Below are positions 23,957 to 37,342 of a stretch of 64,000 bases of DNA, piece after piece. The notes beneath the pieces are model-generated. The model was given only the letters and a program-made list of their open reading frames with translations. It was not told the origin of the DNA and made no database searches. Positions within the stretch are counted from its first letter, which is position 1, and each line of letters starts with the position of its first letter. Source of the DNA: Octopus bimaculoides (lineage: Eukaryota); assembly GCF_001194135.2 (NCBI RefSeq), contig NC_068984.1:42114701-42178700 (forward strand). The letters run 5' to 3'. The translations under genes were made by a program, and so were the position numbers.

Positions 23957-26900
23957 GCATATATTACACACACACACACATGTTCATATGCATATTATGC
24001 CTCCCACCCTCCATCACTACTACTATCCTTGTACAGGTTGGCAGGTCTCCTCTAACAACTGTGTGTGCAATCATTGGTCTTTTGTTATCTTCTCCAGGAG
24101 ACTCGATACCATCAGTCTTTACTATTTCATTCTATGTGTTCCTGGGTCTCTCTCTTTGATAAATTCTATCTACTTCTTTATACTGCTGTTTATTTTCCAT
24201 ACATACCACAAACCTATACAAGCACAATATTCTCTCACACACTACATCTGATTCTGTTTATACTCAGTTTTTCTATCAGCTCATTTGTATTATCTCATTC
24301 ATTGATATTACGCAGCAGATCATGCTTCCTTCATTTCTTTCTATTCTTCTCCAGTCCTCTACAGCGGATGCCCACATTTCACTACCATGCAGTCAGTGTT
24401 ACACTTCATATATGACTATCTTAGATTCTGCCTTCCACACTGATAGAGGAAAGCCTTTGTTACCAGTAAAGGTAGTAACTCCCAGAACTTAACCTGTTTA
24501 GTTTTGAAACATCTACCTCCACTGCTAATTAGGCTGCCTTCCTTAGTAACAGGAGCTATCAACTACTTCTAGAAAGTCTTTCAAGCATTTGATAGAATCT
24601 ATTTCTGATGTGCTCTTAGTGTTTACTGCCCCTGTACACCTCCCATATAATAAGCTTACTGTCTCCAATAATCTGCCAGTGATTTCTTTACAGTATTTAT
24701 ACATTTTTTGTTTATATTGAGTATATGAAATTCTTACCTACTTCTTTTCTATACATTGAGTAAGGGCCATTTCCTTAACGATAGCTAGGTCCTGTCTTCT
24801 TTCTTATTTACCTATATTTTGGTGTTTGCTAAATTTACTTTTAAGTCTCTTGATTCTAGGTTTTGCATCCTGGACAGGAATTTTTCTAACTGTACAAAAG
24901 ATTCAACTTTAAGAACTAGGTCATCATATATGAATTTCCACAGATGGTCTTAGACCCCTCTGTTATGGCTTGCAGGGCCATGATAAATAGGAAGAAACTA
25001 AGAACTGAATCCTGCTGGACTCTTACCTGCATGCTACATTGTTGACTGTCACCTTGCTGGCAGCTCCTTTGTACATGGCTCGTACAATTCTCACCAGCCA
25101 TTTGTCTTTCTCTTACTCCTTCAACAACTACCAGATCACAGTGTGAGGCTCCTCAGCAAGGACCTTCTTCAGATCTACAAATGCGAGATGTAGTGATTTT
25201 CAACACAGCCAATAGCTTCATAGAGAATCTAAGTGTCCTATGCAACCAAGTTTTTGACTCTTTTTTTATTCTTGTATACATTTTTCTTTATATATGCCAT
25301 AAATACTTTTGAGTTAGACATTATTTTCACAACACTTATTTCCACTTCTCCTAGAGCAGGCATCCTGATTGCTTACCCATTGAAAAATACTTCTAATCAT
25401 TGAAGTCATATAATAACACATGAGCGATTCTGTTAGATAGAAAGTCTATCATATGTTGGGTTCAGCCTTTTTCTTGAACAGTATCCTACCTACCTCAGTG
25501 GCAACAAGCAAAATTTTCTAGAGGGAAGCTAGAAGCTATTTATGAACTGAAGAGAGTTTTGATTATTTGCTACTCAGAAGACACATGGCTGAGTGGTTTG
25601 GCAACTGGGTTGTTGATCATAAGGTCTTGGGATCAATTCCTAGTCCAGGAGGCTCATTGTGTTCTTGTGCAATGCACTTTGCATCATGTTAATTCTATCT
25701 TCTCAACCTGCAAAAATGAGTAACAAAACTCAGACTACTCAATCAGCATCAAGTTAGCACAGCAGCATTAATGGGTCTGTGGTATGACCAAAAACCTTCA
25801 GGTATTAAGATGAGAAATTTAGCAGTGGACTTTTATATCTTGTCTTAACCATTATCTTCATCTATGCTTGTTAGCAATTATTTCATTATCATAGGTTCAG
25901 ACATGGCTGTGTGGTCAAGAAGGTTATATCTCAACCATATGATTTGGGGTTCAATCTCACTGTCTGAGGCCTTGGCAAGTGTTTACTTATATAGTCCTGG
26001 GTCAACCAAAACCTTGTTAGTGGACTTGGGAGACAGAAACTGAAAGAAGCCCATTCTCTCTCTCTCTCTCTCTCATTGTGTAATGGTTGTGAATCAGTGT
26101 TAGCCTCATACAAACAGTGTTGTTTATTTCCCGTCTTCTCTGTAAACATATCCAGCCATGAGGAAATATTACCTACTTTGGATACAAGTGAAGGTTGGTG
26201 ACTGAAAGGACTCTGACCATAGAAATTCTGTCTGGCAATCAAGTGTGGGATAAATGAACATTACAATAATGATAATGACCTTCCTCTTTATTTTAATCGT
26301 GATTATCATCATCTTCAGCTACATTGTCTAATGTCATCATCATTATCTGTATCATCATGATAATGTTAGTCTTTGAATTAACATCTTCGTATCTCTTCTA
26401 CAGTTTTCAATGTGAGTGTGCATGTGTGTGTATATGCGTATGTATATATGTACACGTGTGTGTGTTTTGTTGTTCTTTATCCTATTTCTTTTTTGTAAAT
26501 ATTAAAATCATTTTGTTATGGTTTTGTTTTTGTCTTAGTCGAAGACCCGTCTAGAGTCCTCCTATTGTATGCGTATCACCACTGGGGCCCCTGTACCACA
26601 GGGAGCTGATGCAGTTGTACAAGTGGAAGATACTGAATTACTAAAGAAGACAAATGATGGGAAAGAGGAGTTAGAAGTATTGATTAAGAAATCACCAACT
26701 ACAGGTCAAGATATCAGGTAAGTTTGGTCTAATGAACGTTATCATGATCTTTAATTTACTGTATGAAATAGGCTGTAGAGTCATACTTTTCAAAACACTT
26801 GTCACAATATCCCAATAATATTAATGCTATTATTCTACAGATGCAAAGAGTTTCATTCTTCCACATTCACAGTTACAATTCTATTATAGAGATGGCTTAG

Positions 26901-29900
26901 AACAAACTTCCTTGCAGTATTTGTTCTGGCTTTCAGCATCAGACTAGGTGTGTTGCAATATTTCTTCTGGCTATTTGCTATTTGCATTCTAAGGTTTTAG
27001 ATGGTATACTTAATGTTTTAACACTGTCAATTCATCCTTAGGTGCTTTTAGCACTCTGTTGTAGCATTCAGGCTGGGGTTTACAACTTATAGATAACTTC
27101 TTCCCTTTCTCTTGGCCTGTGTTGGAGCTGAAGAAAATAAACAGCCATGGGTATTGTTCTGACTGACTGGTAAAAAGCCACAAAACTGAAGAAAAACATC
27201 TTAATTCTATGAACTATTGGAAATATGTACCAGATCATCTTGAATTTTTCCTTAGGTTCCTTGGTGACAGCAAAACATCAACACTGATTCTTAAGAGTCA
27301 TTTGGGTTTCAAAGTAATATTTTCTTTTTTTTTCATATTGCATTCAACCCTTTGATCTGATATGGCCATCTCTTAAAACTACAACCCTTTCTCTTCAGTT
27401 AGGTTGTAAAATATTAAACTGCAATATATGTTACTAATTTTTGAAACATGTTCTAGATCTTCATGTGTCAGCTTTATTTTCTTATAAAGAAATGATAAAT
27501 AGGTATTTATGGAGAGAGAAAGAGAGAGAGAATATGAAGATAGTAGTATTGATATAACCACTAAAATTTGAAGACAGAAAATATGTGTAATTGTGTGTGT
27601 GAAGGAAAGAGAGGAAATTGAAATGAATAAACAGATTGATAGATATCTACACATAGAGACAGAGAAAGACAAGGAATGTAAGCTTATGTATAATTATGAC
27701 TTGTTCAACTGAAAAAAGAACATAGATTTAAATTCATTGATAACATCATGATTTCAACATAAGACTTTGTCTTCTTCAGGCCTGTTGGTGCTGATATTCC
27801 ACAAGGTGAAAAGATCTTAAAACGGAACCAAAGACTTGGACCTTCAGAACTTGGACTCTTAGCAACTGCTGGTGTGGTGCAAGCCAAATGCTTCCAGAAG
27901 CCAACTGTGGCCATCTTGTCAACTGGTAATGAGGTATGTTCTGCTTCACTTATTTTATATTGTAATTGGTGAACAATGGCATCATTGGTAATGAGTTTCC
28001 AACAATTCAGTTACTGGTTCGCTGCATCATTTCTGACAGCAAGAGTGACAAGGGATTGTCTATAACTTTGTGCAGAACAATTATCACAAGGATCATTATC
28101 AAGATCGCAGAGATCATCTTTCACTGTTGTACTTACGTAAAAGATATACAAGTATGTGTCATCATCATCATAATTTTATGTCCATTTTCCATGCTGGCAT
28201 GGGTTGAATGATGTCTTACAGGCTGTCTTATGTATCAGCTCTTCATGTATATGTATGTGTGTAGCAAATGTATTAGAACTCAGGTTGTGAGTGTATCTAT
28301 CAGGGTTTCATCTTTTCATGAATGAATAACTCAACTCTCTCTCCCCTTTTTCTTTCTCTTCCTCATTGTGTGTGTGTGTGTGTGTTATCCTCATTGTCAT
28401 ATATGTGAGTATATTGTGATCTGTTTGTAAGTACATTTATATTCCATGCGCATGTAGCTTTCAGTGTATTCATACAGGTGTACTAGTTTCGTGACTGTTT
28501 ATGTTTTGGTCTTTTGTGTTACTGGTGTTGTGGCATTGTTGTGATGATACATAGTGTACCAGCATTCGTTACAGTACTTTGTCATCTCTTTTATGAGGTT
28601 CAGCCTTTTGAGATCAGTCTTTACACTTCTACTACTACCATGAATTCCTGTGGTTTGGATCTCTTGGCAGTTCTTTTTCCAGCTGTCATCATCCATAGAT
28701 ATCACATACCCATACCAGCACTGTGTTTTCTCTTGCATGCTGCTTCTAATTCTTATATGCAACTTTTTTCTCAGTTCATTTGTGCTCTGTCATTTATGTA
28801 TACCTATATTACATATTTAGAGCAGCATGCTAACTTCATTTTAACCTTTGAAAATCCTCCATATTGAATGCCCACATCTTACTGTCATGCAACAGTATAT
28901 TTTGCACACAAACATCATACAGTCTGGTTATCTCTTGAAAAGAATATATCATTGTCATCAGCAGTGGTAGTAGCACCTGAAACACTTTTTTATCCTCTTC
29001 TTACTCTGGCTACTATGTTCCCTTATACCTGCCAGCTATACTTGCTATCATTTTACTGCTTATGTTGTTTTTGTTCCTGTTTTGTTATTGGTTTTGATGG
29101 TGGTGTTGATTTTGTTAATGTTGCTGCTGTTGTTGTATCAGTCTTATTACTAGGTTTGATATTAGTTGTGATGATGGCATTGTAACTGGATATCTACAGT
29201 TTAGCCTTGTTGGAACAATCTATGACACTTATGTAGTCAGTTGAGTTACTGGGTGCAGTCATCAGATCCAGCACTTCAAATATATCATACAGCTACCTGC
29301 TTAAGGATCACACTATCTGTTTTTGTATGCTATGAGTTTCTGGAAGTAAGTACATCAGATACTAGCAAACTGGAGTTGGTTTTGAGTGTGACATCTGTTG
29401 TATGCTAGCAGGTTCAAGTGGTGAATAACAAGAGAGACTAGCAAAGTGGAGGTACTCAAAGTGTGACAGTTATTGTTCCTCTTCTCATATCTTTGGTGTT
29501 AAGGGTTAGTAAAGTCATTGATTATAGTGCTATTTTTGTTGGTAATTGCTTTAGACTTTTATTTGAAGTAAGTGTAAAGGAGTAATAGTGTTGTATTAGT
29601 TTTCTGGTGTATTTCAGATGTGCTGGAGTGTGAGTAATGGGGATAGTAATGTATTATCACTGTTGCTCTTGTTTGTTAGCCCTAGGCCAGACCTGATCAT
29701 GCAAACCTGGTTTTCTTTATTTCAGTGTGATTTGAGGAAAATTTTACCTGCTATTTTTAGCTGTTATTGCTATTGATGTTGTTACTTATACCATAATGGT
29801 TTTAGTAATGTTGGTGGTGTTGCTGCAAACAGGAAATCAGAAAAACAGATTACATTTTGAGCAAAAATGGCCACCATATGATATTGTAGTGTTTTGTATT

Positions 29901-32900
29901 CCAAATTGTCATTTTACAAGGTGTAGAAGTGCCTTAGACAGCAGAATATGTGACTGGATACTTGAATGCAATGAGTTTCATAACTCACTTTTTCTAAATT
30001 TAAATTTTGCCCAAGACTACTCTGCACCATCCATCCTTCTTAATTTTGACCTGGGCTACCTAGAAAAATATTCAAAGAAAGGAATGTTTAGTGAGAAATA
30101 ACATATGCTATTAGCAGGAACATGGCATGAGTAAATCTCAGCATCTAATTTCCAATGATGTGAGTGTGCTACTTTTAGTATATTCTAGTACTCTATAATT
30201 TTTACCACTCCAACATCTTTATACATATTGATAGTATGTGCATTTTTATCTGGAGACAAAAATTGGTTTGTGTCTTAACAAAGAAATCCTTATGGTTATA
30301 CTTCTTACTTTTAACATTTCCATGTTAGTGTTATTAATTGATATGTTTATTACAATCACAGAAAGAGAATCTCTCCATTTGAAGAATGATACATTGTCAG
30401 GTAGTTTTTATTGCTGTTGTTTTCTAGTATCTTTTGTTGCTGATGTGTAATCCTGACATGAGTATATCTATGATATATATCTGGTTGAATGTCTTTAGTG
30501 CAACTCAATGATCCATATTCTGGATATTCCATACAGTAATCTGGTTTAAGATTGCACTTAATACTACAACCTTCAGTAGTTTATCAAATAAGGTGCCATG
30601 TGACAGTCTAGGCATGTTGCATTTCTTCTGCTATTCAGTCTGATCTTCATCCTAATCATCATCATTATTTAGCATCTGTTTTATATGCTGATGTGGGCTG
30701 GACAGTTTGACAGGAGCTGGCTAGCCAAAGAATTGCACCAAGCTCTACTGTCTGCTTCAGTAGGATTTTTATGGTTGAATACCCTCCCTAACATCAACCA
30801 CTTAACAGAGTGTACTGGGTGATTTTTATGTGGCACCAAGAAGGTTATCATTCACTTGATATAACCCTTCAAATGAGTGCATATGTAGTAACGAGGGAGG
30901 TAGCCCCAGTGGAAGTTGCCAATGTGGTTTTGCTTGTTTCAATTCTTGTGGATCCAAAGTCACCTAATCTACTTATAGCAACTAAATTTTCCTCTAATTA
31001 TTTTCTGTTATCTCAGTAAATAAGTAAATAATAATAATGATGGTATTGCAAGTTTTCTCTGCATTGTAGTCAAAAGTCAGTCAAATAATGGAAAAAAAAA
31101 AAGACACTAATCACTATTACACTGAGCATGTAATAGTTTCAGTTGTTTTTTCAAGAAACAGATTATTACATGGCATTTGTCTGTCATATATTTAATGGTA
31201 GTGCACTAATAGTCATAACTAATGTGTCATTCTTGAATGAAACTTGCTTTTGTTAGTTTTCTGGCTGTGTTGTTTATGTTCATGTTGGATTGGCCATTGC
31301 AAGATTAAACACTTAAAACTGTGCTCCTAACAGAATTTTAAACTCTGAAAGAAAATTGAAGAGATTTTTAAGCTACTGTATGAGTTACCATTAGGAGAGA
31401 CTGTATGAGCCACAAAATAGACTGATGAGAAAATAGAGTATGAAGCAAGACTATATGGAGGAAAAGTAAATCAACAAACATTTTAAGATGGAATTTCTAA
31501 TTATGGATAAAGACCCCCTTCAGTTATGAATGACCCTGGGATTGCACCTAGAAGTTCCCCTCCAGGGCACAAGTTTGGGCACAGTTGTTTATGGGAGACC
31601 AGCAGTTACCCATGCATACCAGTATCCCCTCTCCACACCACCAATGTTATCCAAGGGAAAGGCAAAAGCCAATACAGCTTGGCACCAGTGACGTCGCAAC
31701 TCATTTCTACAGCTGAGTGAACTGGAACAACATGAAATAAAGTGTCTTGCTCAAGAACATAACACACAGCCCAGTGTGGGAATCAAACTCACTACCTCAT
31801 GATTGTGAGGTAGTACCTTCACCACCTATGGATATGCATTTAAGAAACAGTCATAACCGAAATAATAAATACAGAGTCAAAGATGAACATTGTGGAGATA
31901 TGATGTAGGTATATTTTCTGTTTATCACTAAACACTAGAATGTTTGTTAACTGGGTCCAGTCCTTGTGACACAAATAACATTGACCCCAGTACTTTCCTG
32001 GTACTTTATCAGTCCTGGATGGATGAAAAGCAAAGTGGAAACATAAAGTGCAAGAGCAAATATTACAGCCCAGAGATGTTTGGAAATTATCCATTAATCC
32101 CAGGCTGAAAGTTCTCCAGAAAAGAGCAGTGTCCAATTGGTTGAAGGTTGCAAGCACTTGAAGACATCCACTTTCCAAATGCTCCCTCTAGGTCTCTGTT
32201 TTACCCAGGACTGCAGCTCCATTAAGGAAACTAGCTGCAGAAAGACATATTTGGCAAACAGTGACCACACCTGTTCATTGTCAAGGGATCACTGGAGATG
32301 TCATACCCTCAGTGCAGTAAACATTTGCTAAGAGGTCACTGAACAAGTCTGGCATGTAAGTGTAAAGCTTGTAGGACAGACCATCCAAAGCAGATGATTT
32401 ATCCCTTGTGCAGCTAGCCATTGCTTCTCAAATTTCAAAGATTGTTATTGGCACTTTGCTTCCACCATCAATAGCTGTGACAGCCCGTCAAGGTAGGATG
32501 TGAAATCCATCCTGTTACCCGGCTCACTGCTGTTCCTGAACAGTTAAGCAAAGCACCACTGAAAGGCCGCACATATCTACCTCAGATCAGTTATCATTTG
32601 CTCATCGTTGTCTAGAAAGGATCGGATCATGGATTTATTGCCATGCTGTGCCTCTGCCACTTGGACCCATTGAACGACTTTCATCCTTTCATGTCTTAAG
32701 TGCTTGTGCCTTAGCTCTGACAATGTAACCATCATGTTTCATGTTGAAAATTGGTTGAGTGCCAGTATTGCTGCAGGCATGTTGGTCGCGATGCCTTTTC
32801 TAAAAGCCTCCCTAACTTCTTGACTAGCTCTGCCTCTACTCTGTTTCTTTCTGCTACTAATCCTTTGCTGAACCTTATCAATTCTATTCTAATCGCCCTT

Positions 32901-35900
32901 AATAATCCCTTCTACTATAGGCTCAAGGCCTGAAATTTGAGGGAAGGAACTAGTCGATTACATTAACCTCAGTTTTCCACTGGTACTTATTTTGTTGACT
33001 CTGAAAGGCAAAGTCAACCCTGGCAGAATTTGAACTCAGAATGTAGTGACAGACAAAATACTGGTGAGCATTTTGCCCGGTGTGCTAACAATTCTGCCAG
33101 CTTGCTGCCTTAATAATAATAATAATCTTTTTTACTGGAAGCACAAGGCCTCAAATTTGGGAGAAGAGATTAAATCAATTACATCAACCCTAGTGCATAA
33201 CTGGTACTTATTTAATCGACCCCGAAAGGATGAAAAGCAAAGTCAACCTCGGCAGAATTTGAGCTCAGAACATGCAGACAAACGAAATACTGCTAAGCAT
33301 TTTACCCGACATGCTAATGATGCTTCCAGCTTGCCACTTTAATAATAATAATGATAATAATAATAGTTTCTAATATAGGCAAAGAGCAAAATATTAGCCT
33401 GAGAAGAATCGTTGGCTACATTGACTCCATTACTTGACTGGTACTTAGCTTTTTTGGTCCCCCAAAAAATGAAAAACAAAAATGACTTTGGTGATATTTC
33501 AATTCATAATTTTTAATTTGTGCACAAGGCCAGCAATTTTGCAGGGACAGGATTAGGTAATTAAATTTAGCAACTCAAAAAAAAACTGAGCAAGTTGAGC
33601 ACGACAGGGTTTGAACTTAGAATGTAAAGAGTCAGAAAAAATACCACAATGCATTTTCTCCAGTGCTCCAACAGTTCCGCCAATCTGAAGGCTTTTGAAA
33701 ATGCTAATAATCATTTCTCACAGAAGTGCAGGCATGGCTGCACCTCTGTGAGAACCTGAAACCATGTGGTTGCAAGGCAAGTTTCTCAACTACATGGTTT
33801 CAGGTTCAGTCCCACTGTGTGGCACCTTGAGCAAAGTGTCCTTTGATAAATTCCCAGGTTGACTAATGTCTTGTGAGTGGAATTGGTTGATGGAAACTGT
33901 GTGGAAGCCCATTATATATCTGTGTGCATCTTTGTAACTGAATTTGTTTCCACTGCTTCTATTTGACAACTGCTGTTGGTTTGTTTATGCCCCTGTAATT
34001 TAGTGGTTTGGCATATCCTTTAGTGCCCCTAGCATGGCTGCTGTCCAATGAGTGAAACAAGTGAAAGATAAAAGATAGGCACAAAGACACAAAACTTGAT
34101 AGGAGGAGGAGTTATTTGATTAAATCAACCCCAGTACTTGAGTAGTACTTTATTGACCCCAGAGGGATGAAAAACAAAACTGACTCTGGTGGGATTTGAA
34201 CTCCGAATGTAAAGAACTGGAAGAAATATTGCAAGGCATATTTTTCCAATGCTCCAGTGATTCTGCCAGTCTACAATGATAATGATAATAATAATATAAT
34301 GATGATGACAATAATGATGAAAATATAATTTGTATGAGCATGTATGTAGTTGTACATAGCTGAGCGTATGTATGTAGAACAGTAAATTGATTGTTATCTT
34401 GGTGTGTATATTATGTATGGCAGGGTTTTACAGTTGTGTTTTTGTGTATAGATTAGTCTAGTGTAGTGTTGTGTGGCAAGGTGAGGAGAGGAATGGTTGA
34501 GGAATTTACTCCCACCATCCCTACTTTGTTCCATTGCTACTCCATAGTGGTGAAGCTAACCATGTGTTTCTCATTTCCTTTGACTCAATCTCTCTCTCTC
34601 TCTCTGTTTTCTCTCTCTCTCTCTCTGTTTTCTCTCTTTTTAGAACAAAGATGAAATTCTAAGATACTCTATAATTCTTCCCTGCTCCCTTAGTTGTTTT
34701 ACTTTATTACCTTGTTCTTCCTCCCTGCCCCTGCCATTACCCTACTCTCACCTTCCCATCATTACCTCATTCTCCCTTTCACTTCTCTTCTTCCCTCACT
34801 CCTCTCCTTTTCCCTCTGGTTGCTCCCTCTCACCTTCACTTCGACAACCCCCACCCACCGAGCCCTGTTCGCCTTCATCCTACCTCTCCTCTCTACTCCT
34901 ACCAGTGGTGATGGTGTTAGATGTGATGTACAAGTGGGGCGAGTGGGTAGGTGGGTGTAGGCCAACTTATGATCACTCATCATAAATAAAACACACAGGG
35001 AGGAGGAGTACAATCAGTTTTTTTTCTTTTTTTTTTGTGTGTGTGTGTATATTCAGTGATTGCTGTTATGATGTATGTAATTTTACTACACTTCTTAGCT
35101 CAGTACCCTTGCTTGGTAAGTAAGTTGGTAGATAGTTCAGAAGGTAAGTAGGTAGGTAGGTAACCTTGGGGATTAAGCACCTAATTTTCACTATCATTAC
35201 TTTGTTATAGATTGGTACCTTTTGGCATGATAATACTATTAGTAGATACAGACATGTTGCCAAGCTTGAGTACCTCACTGTCCCCACCATATCTTACCTG
35301 CACAAAATTCTAATGAATCACTCGATTTCTTATTCAGACAGTAGGTCATACTTTCATAGAGAAGTGAAATTTCAGAATATGTTGCCTTCATGCTTTTTTC
35401 AAATATGTTAGTAGCAATGGCCCAGTGGTTAGGGCAGCGGACATGCGGTCATAGGATCGCGGTTTCGATTCCCAGACTGGGCGTTGTGAGTGTTTATTGA
35501 GTGAAAACACCTAAAACTCCACGAGGCTCTGGCAGGGGATGGTGGCGAACCCTGCTGTACTCTTTCACCACAACTTTCTCTCACTCTTTCTTCCTGTTTC
35601 TCTTGTACCTGTATTTCAAAGGGCCAGCCTTGTCACACAGTGTCACACTGAATATCCTTGCGAACTATGTTAAGGGTACACGTGTCTGTGGAATGCTCAG
35701 CCACTTGCACGTTAATTCACGAGCAGGCTGTTCCGTTGATTGGATCAACTGGAACCCTCGACGTCGTAAGCGACGGAGTGCCAACAGCCAACAACAACAA
35801 GTAGCATTGGTAAAGAGGAATTGGCTTTGACTAAGAATCAGTGTGTTCATGGTTGTCGAGTGGTTAGCACTGCATATTCTGGCCATGGTAACCCAAGTTT

Positions 35901-36658
35901 GAATCCTGGTCATGTCAGTCCAATTTAATTCCAAAGGCACAGGCATGACTGGTGGTTGAAAAGTTTGCTACCCAATCACATAGTTTTGGGTTCAGTTCTG
36001 CTCTGAGGAACCTTGAGCAAGCATCTTCTATATTTCCAGGCTTATCAAAGACTTTTGAGTAGATGAAAACTGAAAGAAGCCTGTTGCGTGTGTGTGTGCG
36101 TGTGTATACATACATATGTAAACATATAAATGCAAAACAAGATGGTAAAAAATAATACTCAAATACTGAAGGTAGAGAAATATGCTTTATATTAAAACTG
36201 AAAAATTTTCTCAAACTGTTTTACATTAAAGTTTTACATTACTGTTTGTTGGACAGTTGTGATCATACTACATGTGTGAATATGTTTATGCTTGTGTTTC
36301 CTTGTCTTGATGTTGTGTGATTGTTGTAAACAAGTCATTCATTTTCAATATTCTACAAAAACATGTTTGGCCATGGAGAAATATTACTTAACTTGGAAAT
36401 GGGTAAGGGTTGGTGACAGTAATGGCATCTATCCAGCTGTAGAAAATTTACCGCAATAAACTCCATCTGACCCATGTGAACACAAGAAAATGGCTGTTAA
36501 AACTACAACAATGATGATGATGACACTCAGCTTGTTGGGATATTTTCTTTGTTCCAAAAATGGTCTAATTTTATTAAAGCCATTCTAGTTATTGCAATCT
36601 GACCTTTCTTTGTTATTACATTTCTGATTTTGTTCTTCCTAAATGTTTAAATTCTGTG

Positions 36659-36689
<31 letters not shown>

Positions 36690-37310
36690 GGTAACCATTT
36701 ACAATAATAACTGTCTAATACAAGCACAAGGCCTGAAATTTGGAGGAATAAAGGACTAACCAATTGTATCAACCTCACTGCTTGACTGGTACTTTATGTT
36801 ATCAACCTTGGAAATATGAAAGACAAATCTGATCTCAGTGGGATATGAACTCAGAATATAAAGAGTCAGAAAAACTACCATAAGACATTTTGTCTGATGC
36901 TCTAATGGTTCTGCCAATTTAACATCCTGATAACATATCATCATTTAATGTCCATTGTTTCATGCTGGCATGGGTCAGACAGAATTTTTTATGGCAAATT
37001 ATCTATGGTTGGATGCTCTTCCTGTTGCCACCTTACCTGTTTCCAGTAAGGTAATATTTCACCATAGCCAAGATGTTTTTGAAATGAATAACACTGTTTG
37101 TATGATGGTGACTCTTATTTACAAATTGTTGCTATTATCTTAAAGTGTCCTATGTCCAAATTTGACCAAAGGCCTTTTTTCAATATTTATTTTTGCTTGT
37201 TTCACCATTCCATAGCAAAACCGTTGTACGACACTTTGACAATTTTCGCTATCTTGGCATCTGAAGCAGCTGGAGATACGATAGTTTGACCAAAAGAACC
37301 AGCTATTTCA

Positions 37311-37342
<32 letters not shown>

